Of a stretch of 64,000 bases of DNA, positions 47,591-58,373 are shown piece by piece. Positions within the stretch are counted from its first letter, which is position 1. Each line of letters starts with the position of its first letter. Origin of the DNA: a virus; IMG/VR virus record IMGVR_UViG_3300021962_000068, positions 1 through 64,000 of that record. One strand, 5' to 3'. Below the pieces are notes generated by a model, which made no database searches, was not told the origin of the DNA, and saw only the letters and a list, made by a program, of their open reading frames with translations. The translations under genes and the position numbers were made by a program.

Positions 47591-50500
47591 TTATTGAATT
47601 GTCTTAATAACAATTGTACCTAGAGCACTTTCTGCGCTATATTCATTATTTCTATTTACCCTTCTGCAAGCTACTCTATAAGTTACACCTTGTGCAGAAA
47701 TTCTTGGATTAGCTTGCTTTAATAGATCAAACCTTGCTTGAGTTTGGGTTCGTTGAACATCTATTTTATTTGTTACATTAGGCGTTATATCCCAAAAATC
47801 TTCTGTTCCAGTATCGCGATACAGTCTATACTCATAACATAAAAAGTCATTGGGTTCGTTACCATAAGTAGACAAATCTGCTACTATATAAGTATTTTCT
47901 AAATCTAGTGTAATAGATTCAACAATTGATGGTTCTATTCCACCTGCTCCAGCTGTAAAAGTATACTCTGAACTCCAGGGACCAAAACTAGTATTATTAG
48001 AATTAGTATATCTTGCTCGTACTTTATAAATCTCGTAGGTTTTAAGACCTGTAAAAGTATATGTACCTAAATTTTTATTTATAATATAAGTATTTGCCGA
48101 AGCAACACTAGTAAATAGTTCACTGCCAAGCGCTATTTCAAATTGTACAAGTTCAGCGTTTTTACTTAATCCAGTAGGGTTAGTAAAACTTAAAGTAGCA
48201 GCTGTTTGATAGATGCCTGTAGAAATTTCTTGACTAGTTCCTCGTTCACTAATTATATTTACTATATTTGGTGCACTATTTATAGTACTATTGATAATTG
48301 TATTACTAATGGTAGTTATATCAGCATCATAAACTAGTTCACCTTCTAAATTAGCAGTATATATTTCCGGACTATAGTCTACCAATGTTAGTTTTGCACT
48401 GTTATTTGTACTAGGTTCTACTTTTAGTACTATTAATTCATGACTTTCACTTCCTAGTTCACCAACTAGTACAAGATTATCTGTTTCAACTTCAATTGGT
48501 AGTGCTGAGGTTAAGGTAATTTCGTCATAGTAACCACTTTGATTCACAGTAGTAATAGTTTTACTTACACTACCATCATTAGTACTAGAAATACTATTTG
48601 TACGAATTAGAATACTATATGTTCGACCAGTTTCTAAATAAACTTCATTATTTAAAGTAATAGCTGTGCCTGTATTATCAATTGATTTAATTCTTCCGCT
48701 TCCAACGCCCCATAAAGGAACATCGTGTGTTACGCGAACTAGATCACCGCGACTACATACCAAATACTCAAAGTCAGTATTAAAAGTATATTGTTCTGGC
48801 CTTAGTTTTATTTGAGCAAGATGCCATCTAGCTAAATGAATTGCTTGTGCTTCGTTTGTAACTCCAGGTAGTTGCAGTTCTTCGTATATTTCAGCATTAC
48901 TACTATTATAACCATAATTATACACATGAATTTCTTTAGTTTGATAAGCATTATTTTCATCAGGAAAAGTAACTCTAAAAGCATGAGGCAGTATGGGTAA
49001 TATTTTTGTAGATTCAAATCCCCAGCTGTTATGTGGAGTAAAATGTTGTACAACGTACTCACGAGGCTTATCAACTACTACGCTCCACTTACCATCTACT
49101 AGTGCAGGGCTGGCTTTACCTGCCGCACATATACTGCGTAGTGTATCCATTATACTTTGAGTAGAAGTTAGTACACTATTATAAGTTAATCTAGGCTTTA
49201 ATACTGTGCTAGTACCGGGAACATAAGTTACGGTATCGCAGTATTCATGCCAATTTTGTAGTGCTATTAAATCTATTTTTGAAGGAACATCTGCTTCAGA
49301 AATATTATATGCATTAGCAGGATGTGTTAAAATATATCTAAATAAACTAGCAGGATTATTAGTAGCTCTAACTGTCCATTCGCTTGAAGCTCTATCCCAA
49401 TCTAAACAAACTGTTTGAACTAGTGCATTAATACCCTCTACTTGTCCATTGACTTTATTAGAGCTTTGTACATTAACTACAGTTCTGGCTAGTTTTCCAC
49501 GTGGTAATTGTCTGAGCGGGGGCTTACTAGTATCATACGCAACCATACTATATAAATTAACTTTATGATACTTACGAAACTGTGGTCTATCTTCTGCATC
49601 TAGAATTTCTTCTCTGTCATTATTAACCCGTCGTACACGAACTGCATACTGTCTGGGCGGTAGGTCTTTTATTGAATACACATAATTAAATGCATCTTTC
49701 CATTTAGGAAAGTATCCACCAGTACCAACTGTAATAATGTTATTTAATCCTGCATATTGATTACTAGTAGTTCCTTTAACTAGAGTTATCTTACAGGCTA
49801 TTCCTTTTTCATATCTAACATTATTACCAACTAGCTGCAATGAATGAGTGCCTGTTTGTAAGTATAAGCTAACTGATACAGTACTACGTCCACCATTTTT
49901 TGGTAAACTAAGGGCTCTTCTGCCGTCAATAAATATACTGCCATAGTCGTCACAAGCACCTTCTATGTTATATAAAGCACTTTCTGTAACTGTAAAATAA
50001 ACTGTTTCGGATTCAAAAATATCTCCACCACCAGATGCCCAGATTCCGCTGGTTTTTAGTAATTCAGACCAATTATCACTTACTGGACCGGTTAAGGTAG
50101 TATTAGGTATACTATTTGTAGCAGTATCAAAAACTGGTACTATTTTTGCTTCAGTTATAGTAGGTTCTTGAGCATTGTATATTTTTCCGCCAGTAATTTC
50201 AATTTTAGTGGACGCAGCATACTTAGTAGTAGGTATACTTTCTGAATCATAAATTGTTGTAGTATTATCAGTATAAGTTAATACTAGTCCAGTTGAGGAC
50301 CAGTTATTTAAATAGCTTTGTTCGCTTGAAAGTACGTATCCACCAGTACTTAAACAAATTCTATAAATAGGTATAAAACCAACTGGAACAATGGGCAATC
50401 TAGCCCAAGTTCTTTCATTGCCTAATAATTCTTGATAGCTTGTACCCGCATAATAATTATTTATAAATTCTTGAGAAGGGTCAGCGGTTAAACTATGTGT

Positions 50501-52087
50501 TACAGCGCCTTGAAATACTTCAATACCTCCGCCTTGCTTAACGCATATATCATAAAATCTATAACTTGTATGTGGTACACTTATGGTAGTATCTCCACTA
50601 GCTTCTTCTGTATACCACGCCGGCGGTGCTGTTAAAACTTTGCTAAAACTTATAATGCTGTTATCACCATTACCAGAAGAAAATACTGCGCTATTATCCC
50701 AAATCCACTCACCTTGTTGATTTTTTTCAGATGTAGTTTGTATTTCTATAACTGCAGTGGTTTCGTTTACTTTACCGGCGTCTCTTCCAGCAACAACTAA
50801 CTCTCTCATGCCCTCTGGAAAATTAAAAACAATATCAATTCTATCAATACTGTTTTGAGTAAATGTTACTTCTCTCCAAGGATTACCGTCTGTACTATTA
50901 TTAACTAGTAATTTAAGTTCTGGAGCCGTTTGCTCTACATCTGAGGGATATCTTTCATTAAATTTTTTAACTTCAACTGAATCTTCTTCTTCACTACCAC
51001 ATAAAGTTATAGGTAGTGGTACACTATCGGGTAAATCTTCAAAATATGCTTTATTTAATTCAACAGTACCTGCACAAATATCATCAATTTCTAGTGGGCC
51101 GAATCCCCAAATAATTAAAAGATTAATTATATTAGAATTTGTTAGTGTTTCGGTATATGGTACAGCACCAAGAATACCCGTATATCTTATTTTTCCTAAA
51201 ACTACAGGAATGGCTCCAAATTTATTCATTTGGTTACCGGCACCATTGAATAAATTTAAACTTTCTGGTGAGCCGGGATCCGGCTGTTGTTGTGGTGGGC
51301 GAATTGGAGCAATAGCATCAACTAGTGCCATACCCACTAGTGTTACTCCTAATTTTGCAACAGTAAATCCTATACCTGTGCCTACTCCGGGTATCATTCC
51401 TGCAAGTTGTGGGGCTGCAGCAACTACTGCAAGCATTAGTATCATTCTAAGAGGATTATCTCCTGTTGGTACTACCTTATATCCTATTTTTTGTCCTGCT
51501 TCTAGTACAGTTGTAGACCACTTATCCTGTGGAATACCAATACCATCAACTACTATTACAAGTTTAGTAGCCAATTTTTTGCTAATTTTATATTTTGTGT
51601 GTACAAAATCAACAAAATTTTGTACTGTAGTGCCCGCAACAGTCCACTCATGAATAATACCAGTTTTTAATGGGTGGGGTGCACCTACTACTTCTACGGT
51701 TTGACTAGTATGTTTAAAAAATCCAACGAATCGTTTTTTCCACTGTGAGCTTTGTAATGAGTCAATTACACTATCTTTACCTTCACGGCTATGTAAAAAT
51801 TTATTATTACCAATATAAATGCCAACGTGTTGCGGTTCACCATAGATATTAAATAAGCATAGATCGCCAACTACAGGACTAGTAGTTTCTAACCAATTAT
51901 TTTTATAACTATTAATTAAACCATGAACTACTGGATCTCTACTACCTGCGTATAGTTCGGCATAGCTTGGTAATTCAATGCCTAGTTCCTGTGCATAGTA
52001 TAGACGAGCCAATCCCCAGCAGTCTATTCCCGTGCTGTCTCTACCGTTTTCTAGATAAGGTAATCCAATATATTTATCGTATGTCAT
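47591..52087 (-). CDS. NlpC/P60 domain fused to lambda J-like central tail tip protein
   Basis: YIGLPY...GRD..GIDCWGL...HVGIYIG..FLHS; IPVVLG, NNPA, GDLVRVTHD J-type motifs; FN3-like C-terminus. Confidence 0.85.
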   Translation of the reverse strand: MTYDKYIGLPYLENGRDSTGIDCWGLARLYYAQELGIELPSYAELYAGSRDPVVHGLINSYKNNWLETTSPVVGDLCLFNIYGEPQHVGIYIGNNKFLHSREGKDSVIDSLQSSQWKKRFVGFFKHTSQTVEVVGAPHPLKTGIIHEWTVAGTTVQNFVDFVHTKYKISKKLATKLVIVVDGIGIPQDKWSTTVLEAGQKIGYKVVPTGDNPLRMILMLAVVAAAPQLAGMIPGVGTGIGFTVAKLGVTLVGMALVDAIAPIRPPQQQPDPGSPESLNLFNGAGNQMNKFGAIPVVLGKIRYTGILGAVPYTETLTNSNIINLLIIWGFGPLEIDDICAGTVELNKAYFEDLPDSVPLPITLCGSEEEDSVEVKKFNERYPSDVEQTAPELKLLVNNSTDGNPWREVTFTQNSIDRIDIVFNFPEGMRELVVAGRDAGKVNETTAVIEIQTTSEKNQQGEWIWDNSAVFSSGNGDNSIISFSKVLTAPPAWYTEEASGDTTISVPHTSYRFYDICVKQGGGIEVFQGAVTHSLTADPSQEFINNYYAGTSYQELLGNERTWARLPIVPVGFIPIYRICLSTGGYVLSSEQSYLNNWSSTGLVLTYTDNTTTIYDSESIPTTKYAASTKIEITGGKIYNAQEPTITEAKIVPVFDTATNSIPNTTLTGPVSDNWSELLKTSGIWASGGGDIFESETVYFTVTESALYNIEGACDDYGSIFIDGRRALSLPKNGGRSTVSVSLYLQTGTHSLQLVGNNVRYEKGIACKITLVKGTTSNQYAGLNNIITVGTGGYFPKWKDAFNYVYSIKDLPPRQYAVRVRRVNNDREEILDAEDRPQFRKYHKVNLYSMVAYDTSKPPLRQLPRGKLARTVVNVQSSNKVNGQVEGINALVQTVCLDWDRASSEWTVRATNNPASLFRYILTHPANAYNISEADVPSKIDLIALQNWHEYCDTVTYVPGTSTVLKPRLTYNSVLTSTQSIMDTLRSICAAGKASPALVDGKWSVVVDKPREYVVQHFTPHNSWGFESTKILPILPHAFRVTFPDENNAYQTKEIHVYNYGYNSSNAEIYEELQLPGVTNEAQAIHLARWHLAQIKLRPEQYTFNTDFEYLVCSRGDLVRVTHDVPLWGVGSGRIKSIDNTGTAITLNNEVYLETGRTYSILIRTNSISSTNDGSVSKTITTVNQSGYYDEITLTSALPIEVETDNLVLVGELGSESHELIVLKVEPSTNNSAKLTLVDYSPEIYTANLEGELVYDADITTISNTIINSTINSAPNIVNIISERGTSQEISTGIYQTAATLSFTNPTGLSKNAELVQFEIALGSELFTSVASANTYIINKNLGTYTFTGLKTYEIYKVRARYTNSNNTSFGPWSSEYTFTAGAGGIEPSIVESITLDLENTYIVADLSTYGNEPNDFLCYEYRLYRDTGTEDFWDITPNVTNKIDVQRTQTQARFDLLKQANPRISAQGVTYRVACRRVNRNNEYSAESALGTIVIKTIQ

Positions 52088-52611
52088 TAGAATAGTCCTG
52101 GAAAATATTTTGGGGTAAAATTATAACTAGGAAAAGGTTCGCGATTATAGTTAATTAGACTTAATGAAAGAGTAATTGAATTAATATTATATGTAGCACT
52201 TACAATATAAAATCCAGTAAATTCTGCTTCTACATAATCTGGACTACCACTTAGAACTAATTCAATATTTATAGGGGTAGCAGTAGTTAAACTTGAACGA
52301 ATTAATTCAATAGCTTCTCGAGTTACATAATTTAATACAATACTACAGTCTCCGACACCAGAATCATCTTCATTCGGAAGAGTAATTTCTAGAGGTAAGT
52401 ATACATAGTCATTTCCACGACTAGTTACCCCATATATAACTTCTTGATCTGTTGTCGACGCCAAACGGCCCGTAAAACCATTGGCTAGTCTTACGGGCTG
52501 TGCAGGCTGTGTAGGATCTGTAATAGTAAGTAAAGTTATTAGCTGCTCATCAGTTTCCTGAGAAAACATTGCTCTAATAGCATTTGGACTTAGTGTAGTT
52601 AATCGACTCAT
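52087..52611 (-). CDS. DUF1833-family tail tip protein
   Basis: ITLLTIT.P...PVRL...YVYLPLEITLP...EPFPSYNFTPKYFPGLF. Confidence 0.82.
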   Translation of the reverse strand: MSRLTTLSPNAIRAMFSQETDEQLITLLTITDPTQPAQPVRLANGFTGRLASTTDQEVIYGVTSRGNDYVYLPLEITLPNEDDSGVGDCSIVLNYVTREAIELIRSSLTTATPINIELVLSGSPDYVEAEFTGFYIVSATYNINSITLSLSLINYNREPFPSYNFTPKYFPGLF

Positions 52612-52982
52612 GGTAATATTTCAAATTGTGTACTTACTGTCCAATATCCTGGAGCTAAGTAGGTTAAGTCATAGTGCTTATCACCTTGCGGAATTACTCG
52701 TACTTCTATATAAGCGGCATTAGGATCTGTTGGATACCTAGGATTCCTAAAATTAAATCTTAGTACACCTTTTAAAGTGTTTTCTACAAAATCTTCAAAA
52801 ATGGCTACTTCACTAGTAGTCATAATAAATGAAAGATTTAAGTTGCGTGCAGTCTTACTTCTAAAACGTTGTTTGGCGGGGCCACTGTCTGTTTGACTGC
52901 GTATAACATTTACGCCACCAGATTCTGTATAACCTTTTTGGGGTGTTTGAGGAAGTGTAAGGGGCCAAGTAGGAATAGGCAT
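52608..52982 (-). CDS. distal tail protein (lambda M-like)
   Basis: WPLTLPQ...IRSQTDSGPAKQR; directly after tape measure. Confidence 0.75.
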   Translation of the reverse strand: MPIPTWPLTLPQTPQKGYTESGGVNVIRSQTDSGPAKQRFRSKTARNLNLSFIMTTSEVAIFEDFVENTLKGVLRFNFRNPRYPTDPNAAYIEVRVIPQGDKHYDLTYLAPGYWTVSTQFEILP

Positions 52983-52983
52983 A

Positions 52984-55900
52984 TTATCTCCTTATAGTTG
53001 AAGGTTTGGTGCCATAACTTGATCCCATGGCTCTTTGCATTGGACTATTAGTTCTGGCTACTTCACTTGCAACCATTTCACCAACAATAACTTCAATTTT
53101 ACGATTTCCACTACTGTCAGTAGTTTCTTTAGTTTCTGTTTTAGCTCCACTAAAGTTATTTACAACTACTTCTACGTTTTGAGATTGAGTGTTTTGAGCA
53201 GTTACTCCTAGTCTGCCGCTATTGTCACGAGTTAGTGGCATGATAGCTTCAGGGCCTGCTTCACCCATGAGACCGGTGCCGTTGGCGAACTTGAATAGTG
53301 TAGGTTGTGAAACAACTGAATTTGTAAACAAACCTCCCATTCCAAACTTCTTAACTCCCGCATCATATGCTGCACCTTTAGCCGTTATAGCACCAAGAGA
53401 GATATTAGTATTAGCTTGGTTAGTTAAATTAGCTAAATTAGCACCCTGAGCCATACCATCAAAACCATATGGCGTAATTCCTAAAGCTGTAGCTAAGAAA
53501 TTACCAAACATGCTCGCACCGCCTTCTTTACCACCACTACCTCCAACTAATTTCTGCATTTGTAAACGTATGGTTAGCCTAATAAAATCGCTAATCATTG
53601 AGTCTACTAAGTCTTTGAAATTAAACTTACCAGTTTTAGCAAAATCAGCAATAGCATCGCCCAATTTTTCAAAAGACTGGGATGCAAGATCAGCATACTT
53701 CTTTTGTTGATCGGAAACGGAACCCGTTAATCTAGCATTCTCAATTTTAGCTGCTGTGCTCTCTTTAATAGCCTTTGTAGCATTTTCAGCTGCAACACTT
53801 TCTCTTAACCAAGCTTCTTCAGCAGCTTTTGTAGAATCAAGAGACATATTAGGATCTTTTTCTAACGCTTCTTGATATTTGCGTTGTGCTGTATTAATTT
53901 TATTTTGTAAATCTTCTTGAGCTCTGCTTTGTTCTAATCTAGCTTGCTCAATAGTATAGAGCATAGTTTTATCTTGGATTTCTTGTTCACTGTATCTACT
54001 CAGCCCTGCTAAAGTATCAAATCTTGATTTATCTGCAGTGAGTCGGGCATCTTCTAAGCTACGTTGTGACTGTAATAAGGCTAATCTAGTTTCTTCTTTA
54101 CGATTAATTTCTGCGTAACGTTGATCAATTTCTTTTAGTCGTTCTGCTTCTTTTTGTTTTAGTTCTAGTAATTCTTTTTCGCTCTTTCTTCTAGCATCAT
54201 AACGAACTAAAATTTCTTGCTGTAGTGTATTATTTTGTTTATAAGACTCTAGTAGTTGCCCACTTATACCGAATTCTTTTGCTGCTGCTTCCAGTGCTGC
54301 ACTGTTAACTGATTGTGCTGCTAATTTTCGTCTATCTTTTTCAGTAGTTTTATCAAAGATTTCAGCTTCTACTTTATTAATAGCCTGTAGTTTTTCTAAT
54401 TCACTGGTATAATTATTTATAGAAATTATATCAAGTTTTTGCTTATCTTGATTTAATCTAAAAATTTCTTCTTCAGTTTTTCTAATTTCTATATTGGCTT
54501 TAGCCAGTAATTCCTGATTAGCTAAACGTACTTTTGCTACTTTGTCACTATTTTCAAATTCTTGGCGCTGTGCTCGCGCGGCGGCAGTAGCAACAACACT
54601 TTGAAAGGTAGAACTAGCAAGTGCGGCTTGCTTTACTAGATCAGGTGCTCCCGAAAAAGCATTATTTCCACCAACAAAATCAATACCCGCAGGCGCTTGT
54701 GCTACATTACCAGTACTAACTATTTTTAAACCCTGCTGTAACAAAGCAACTCTTGCATCTAGTACTTGTTGCGAAAAGTTTATATCTTGCTCTAGTGTGC
54801 GGATACGATCAGCAACTTCTGCTTGACGATCCGCCGGTCTACTTTTTAACGATTCTAATAGTTGCTCTTTTTGTACTATACTATTTTGCTCTAGTACAAG
54901 TGAGTTTTGTTCTATTGATTTTATTAAGTTTATGGTTTGATCTAGTTGCTGTTTTTGTAGTTGATTTTCTTTAATTGCTATGTCGTATTCTAGAAATGCT
55001 TTTGGTAGTTCTTCTTGTACTAATCCTACTAAACCTTTTTTGAGAACTAAGTTAGCTTTTTCATACGAAGCACTTAAAGCTATTTCTATTGTTTTGGCAA
55101 ACTGTTGTGCACTAGAAGCTTGTTGTGCCCCTATCTTTTTATAAACTTCTCTTACTTTATCGTCTATAGTTTTAGTATTAAATAGCTCAATACTGGCTAG
55201 TTGAGTCTTATCTTTTTCAATTGTTTCTTTTAGATCTTTCCACGCACTTAGGTCTGCTGCAGTGCTTATCCCAGATGTAAGAGTTGTTTGTTGTGCTTCT
55301 TCTTCTGCTTGTCTGATTCTTTTATTGTATTCTTCTTCATTTTTTAATATTACTTCACGTAATTTACTAGCTGTAGTAAGAGAAGAATTTCTTTGATCGT
55401 ATAACTCATTAATTTCTTTTTGTACGTCTAATAGTGCATTAACAGTATCGGGACCAAACTTTTTAGCAAGATCAGTACTATTTACTAGCTTTCTGAACTC
55501 GTCTAAATTATCAGCACCTTTGGCTAATTCTTTATTTAAATCATTAACATTCTTAAAACCTTGCATAGCCCATTTAGCTATGCCTGTACTAGGCAGTAAA
55601 CTAGTTACTATTCCACTAGCTATTTTAGCAGTTTCTGTTAGCTGATCATTAAAGGCTTTAGTTTCTTCTGTAGCACCTTTAAATTGAGTTGCAATACTTT
55701 TTTGAATATCTGATAATTTTACTAATGTTTCAGGTGAAGCACCCTTTATAGCCTGATTAAATTCCTCAATACTGCTAGTAGCACTAATATTTAATGCTTC
55801 AGATGCTTCTTCCTTAAATTTATATAAAAATTTAGTATTAGATTCTAGTAATTTAAATGCGACTCCAACAGATTCAATAGATTTAACAGCTAGTTCAGCT

Positions 55901-57870
55901 TGGGTTCCGAAGCCAAAAAAGTTTTGTACTGCTTCTGCGGCTTTATACAACCAATTACCGCTACTTAATTCAGCAGTAGCTTTTTTAGTAACCTCGTCAA
56001 AAGATTCTGATAAGGTAAATAGTGCATTTGAAGCAGCGTAAGCTCCTTCTACTGTTCTTTGTGTTCCACGAGAACCATAGTACTCTAATGTTAAGTTTGC
56101 TGCTCTGACCGCTTCAGTTTGTTGTTCAAATGCTTTTTTAGTTGCTTCAATCGCCTCACTATTACCTCTTATTTTTTCATAAACAGTGGCAAGTATAGGA
56201 GCTACCAAGCTAAAAACAGCAATATAAGGACCAAGAGCACTTAATGCTGTACCGATAGCATTACCGATAGTAACAAATGCACCAGCGCCAACTATTCTAA
56301 GTTTATTAAATAAGCCAGATGTTTTAGATGTTTCTTCCTTAGTTTTAGAAAATCCAGCCATTAAGCCGCCTTCTTCTGCAGCTTTTGAAATATCACTTAA
56401 AGATTGTGCCCGTAGAGCACGTTCCTCAGCTCTTTTAGCTATTTGAATTCGTTGCCACTCTTCACTAAACCTTTTAACGGGCTTATCACTAACTGTTTGT
56501 ACTTTTTCTTCTCTAATAGCTAAATCAGCTTTAAGTTTACCCTGCTTATAAACTAAGTCAGCGCGTTGTTTTTCTAAAGCTAAAATTTCTGTTAAAGCTC
56601 TTTTTTCGTCCTCTAGCCTTGCTAAATTTTTGGCTTTGCCACTATCAATTTGTTTTTGTATAGTTTTAATTCTAGAGTCAATAGCCGCTGTTTGCTTAGG
56701 ATCTAAAGGTTCTGTACTAGATATTACTTCTTTTATATTTTTACCGGTGCCTGTAAACGATCTTCCTAGGTCTTTTCTAGTTGAAGCTATCTTTCTATCA
56801 ATACCCGCTAACTCATTAGTATACTCTTCTCCTTGCTTACGCAGTGCAGGTATATCAAATAACTTTTCATGTCTAGCAACAAACGATTCACCAAACTTAG
56901 TGGCTAAATCTCTAGCAGCTTGGGCAGAATCTTTTGCAGTTTCTTGTAAATTCTGTCTCCAGCTAGTTACAGCTGGAATTGCTTGTTTTAATAATAATCC
57001 TGCTATACCAGCAATTACAGTCGTTAATCCAATAGGGCTTTCACTTAGTAATCTAGCTATTGGTGCTATTACAGTATTTATTGCCGATAAACCAACTTGA
57101 GCAATATCTTTAAAACTTGCTAGTAGCTTTTGATAAGGATTAGTTTCAATGTTAATTTCTGAAAACTTTTTATTGCCTTCTTCTAGTACGGCTACTGCGA
57201 ACGCTTGCCTACGCTCAAAGTCGGTAAGTTGACTGCTTGCTTTACCTATTTTTAAAGCATAAGCATCTACTGCTGGTTCAATCTTAGTAAATATTCCAAG
57301 TTCATCTAAGAGTTCAGGCTCTAGTTTAGTGATACCGCGACTAAGCCTACTTACTGCGTCACTTAAGTCTACACCTAGTGCTTGAGATGCTTTTGTAGCT
57401 ACTGAAGCAATTTTTAATGTTTGATCGACACCTAAACCAGCAGATGTAGCTTTAGTTACTGCTTGTGCAGCTTCGCGAAAACTAATAGCACCTTGTGTTA
57501 TTTCGGCGAATCTTTTACTTAAGCCACCTAAGGCTACACCGCTAACGGCACCAAGCTGATCCATACCACGAATCATGTTTGTAGTATCCATGGCATTACT
57601 AAGTGCGGAAAAGGCGGCTTGTGCAGCAAATAAGTTAGCAGCAAAAGTAGCGTAAAGACGGACTAAACCGCCAAGACCTTGGGATTGTTTGGCAAAATCT
57701 CTTCCTGCCGCTCCAGTACCTACTGCACTGCGGGCAACGCCATACTCTTTATTTAGAACTTTTGAACGTTCTAACTCAGAGTTCAATCCTTCAGCATCTT
57801 TTCGACGCTGACGCATTGTATTACCTTGATCTCTCACAGAGAGATTAATATCGATTTGATTACCTGCCAT
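52984..57870 (-). CDS. tape measure protein
   Basis: 1628 aa helical protein; T5-like GRDFAKQSQGLGGLV.LYA and EPELLDELGI; C-terminal GLMGEAGPEAIMPL. Confidence 0.92.
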   Translation of the reverse strand: MAGNQIDINLSVRDQGNTMRQRRKDAEGLNSELERSKVLNKEYGVARSAVGTGAAGRDFAKQSQGLGGLVRLYATFAANLFAAQAAFSALSNAMDTTNMIRGMDQLGAVSGVALGGLSKRFAEITQGAISFREAAQAVTKATSAGLGVDQTLKIASVATKASQALGVDLSDAVSRLSRGITKLEPELLDELGIFTKIEPAVDAYALKIGKASSQLTDFERRQAFAVAVLEEGNKKFSEINIETNPYQKLLASFKDIAQVGLSAINTVIAPIARLLSESPIGLTTVIAGIAGLLLKQAIPAVTSWRQNLQETAKDSAQAARDLATKFGESFVARHEKLFDIPALRKQGEEYTNELAGIDRKIASTRKDLGRSFTGTGKNIKEVISSTEPLDPKQTAAIDSRIKTIQKQIDSGKAKNLARLEDEKRALTEILALEKQRADLVYKQGKLKADLAIREEKVQTVSDKPVKRFSEEWQRIQIAKRAEERALRAQSLSDISKAAEEGGLMAGFSKTKEETSKTSGLFNKLRIVGAGAFVTIGNAIGTALSALGPYIAVFSLVAPILATVYEKIRGNSEAIEATKKAFEQQTEAVRAANLTLEYYGSRGTQRTVEGAYAASNALFTLSESFDEVTKKATAELSSGNWLYKAAEAVQNFFGFGTQAELAVKSIESVGVAFKLLESNTKFLYKFKEEASEALNISATSSIEEFNQAIKGASPETLVKLSDIQKSIATQFKGATEETKAFNDQLTETAKIASGIVTSLLPSTGIAKWAMQGFKNVNDLNKELAKGADNLDEFRKLVNSTDLAKKFGPDTVNALLDVQKEINELYDQRNSSLTTASKLREVILKNEEEYNKRIRQAEEEAQQTTLTSGISTAADLSAWKDLKETIEKDKTQLASIELFNTKTIDDKVREVYKKIGAQQASSAQQFAKTIEIALSASYEKANLVLKKGLVGLVQEELPKAFLEYDIAIKENQLQKQQLDQTINLIKSIEQNSLVLEQNSIVQKEQLLESLKSRPADRQAEVADRIRTLEQDINFSQQVLDARVALLQQGLKIVSTGNVAQAPAGIDFVGGNNAFSGAPDLVKQAALASSTFQSVVATAAARAQRQEFENSDKVAKVRLANQELLAKANIEIRKTEEEIFRLNQDKQKLDIISINNYTSELEKLQAINKVEAEIFDKTTEKDRRKLAAQSVNSAALEAAAKEFGISGQLLESYKQNNTLQQEILVRYDARRKSEKELLELKQKEAERLKEIDQRYAEINRKEETRLALLQSQRSLEDARLTADKSRFDTLAGLSRYSEQEIQDKTMLYTIEQARLEQSRAQEDLQNKINTAQRKYQEALEKDPNMSLDSTKAAEEAWLRESVAAENATKAIKESTAAKIENARLTGSVSDQQKKYADLASQSFEKLGDAIADFAKTGKFNFKDLVDSMISDFIRLTIRLQMQKLVGGSGGKEGGASMFGNFLATALGITPYGFDGMAQGANLANLTNQANTNISLGAITAKGAAYDAGVKKFGMGGLFTNSVVSQPTLFKFANGTGLMGEAGPEAIMPLTRDNSGRLGVTAQNTQSQNVEVVVNNFSGAKTETKETTDSSGNRKIEVIVGEMVASEVARTNSPMQRAMGSSYGTKPSTIRR

Positions 57871-57911
57871 AAACCCTCCAGGGGTAATAAATTTTTGCTA
57901 AAGTTTTGATT

Positions 57912-57950
57912 ATTATAACACAAGGGTTTAAATTTGTCAACCATATTTTT
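57912..57950 (-). promoter_or_regulatory. consensus sigma70 promoter (TTGACA-N17-TATAAT) upstream of tape measure
   Basis: Reverse complement of TGTCAA 57935-57940 and ATTATA 57912-57917. Confidence 0.8.
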
Positions 57951-57995
57951 TAACAACAAAATAGCCCGCTGTACCAAGAGCACAACGGGCTTTAA

Positions 57996-58373
57996 CTAAG
58001 GAGTTTTGGTTCTTGATATATTAGATGCTCTAATATTGTCAATCATATTTATTAGAACAAACATGATTTTATATTCGCTTTCAATAACTTCCCAAAACTC
58101 AAATACTTGTTTAATATTGGTTAAATCTTTGCCCATATAAGCACCAGACATAGAATCCCATCTATCTCGAAGATAAGAGTAGATTTCTATAGCTGTCTGG
58201 GCTTGATATGGTAAATCTGAAACTTCTACTGGAATCTCATCTTCAACAGGTTCGGTTCCCATCATTTCGCACATTTCTAAATAGTGCTCTTTTGTTACAC
58301 CACCAACAGATATATTACCTATATAATTTTCTAATTGTTTTTCTAAATCTGTTAGTTGTTGTTCGAAAAATTT
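57996..58373 (-). CDS. tail assembly chaperone C-terminal extension (GT-like, -1 frame)
   Basis: -1 frame open from the A AAT TTT site through FEQQLTDLEKQ...HYLEMCEMM into ORF 57996-58274. Confidence 0.8.
   Translation of the reverse strand, partial: KFFEQQLTDLEKQLENYIGNISVGGVTKEHYLEMCEMMGTEPVEDEIPVEVSDLPYQAQTAIEIYSYLRDRWDSMSGAYMGKDLTNIKQVFEFWEVIESEYKIMFVLINMIDNIRASNISRTKTP

Noticed and set aside
30729-57100. Numerous + strand ORFs inside late genes
   Set aside because: Antisense shadows of long minus-strand genes with no recognisable motifs.
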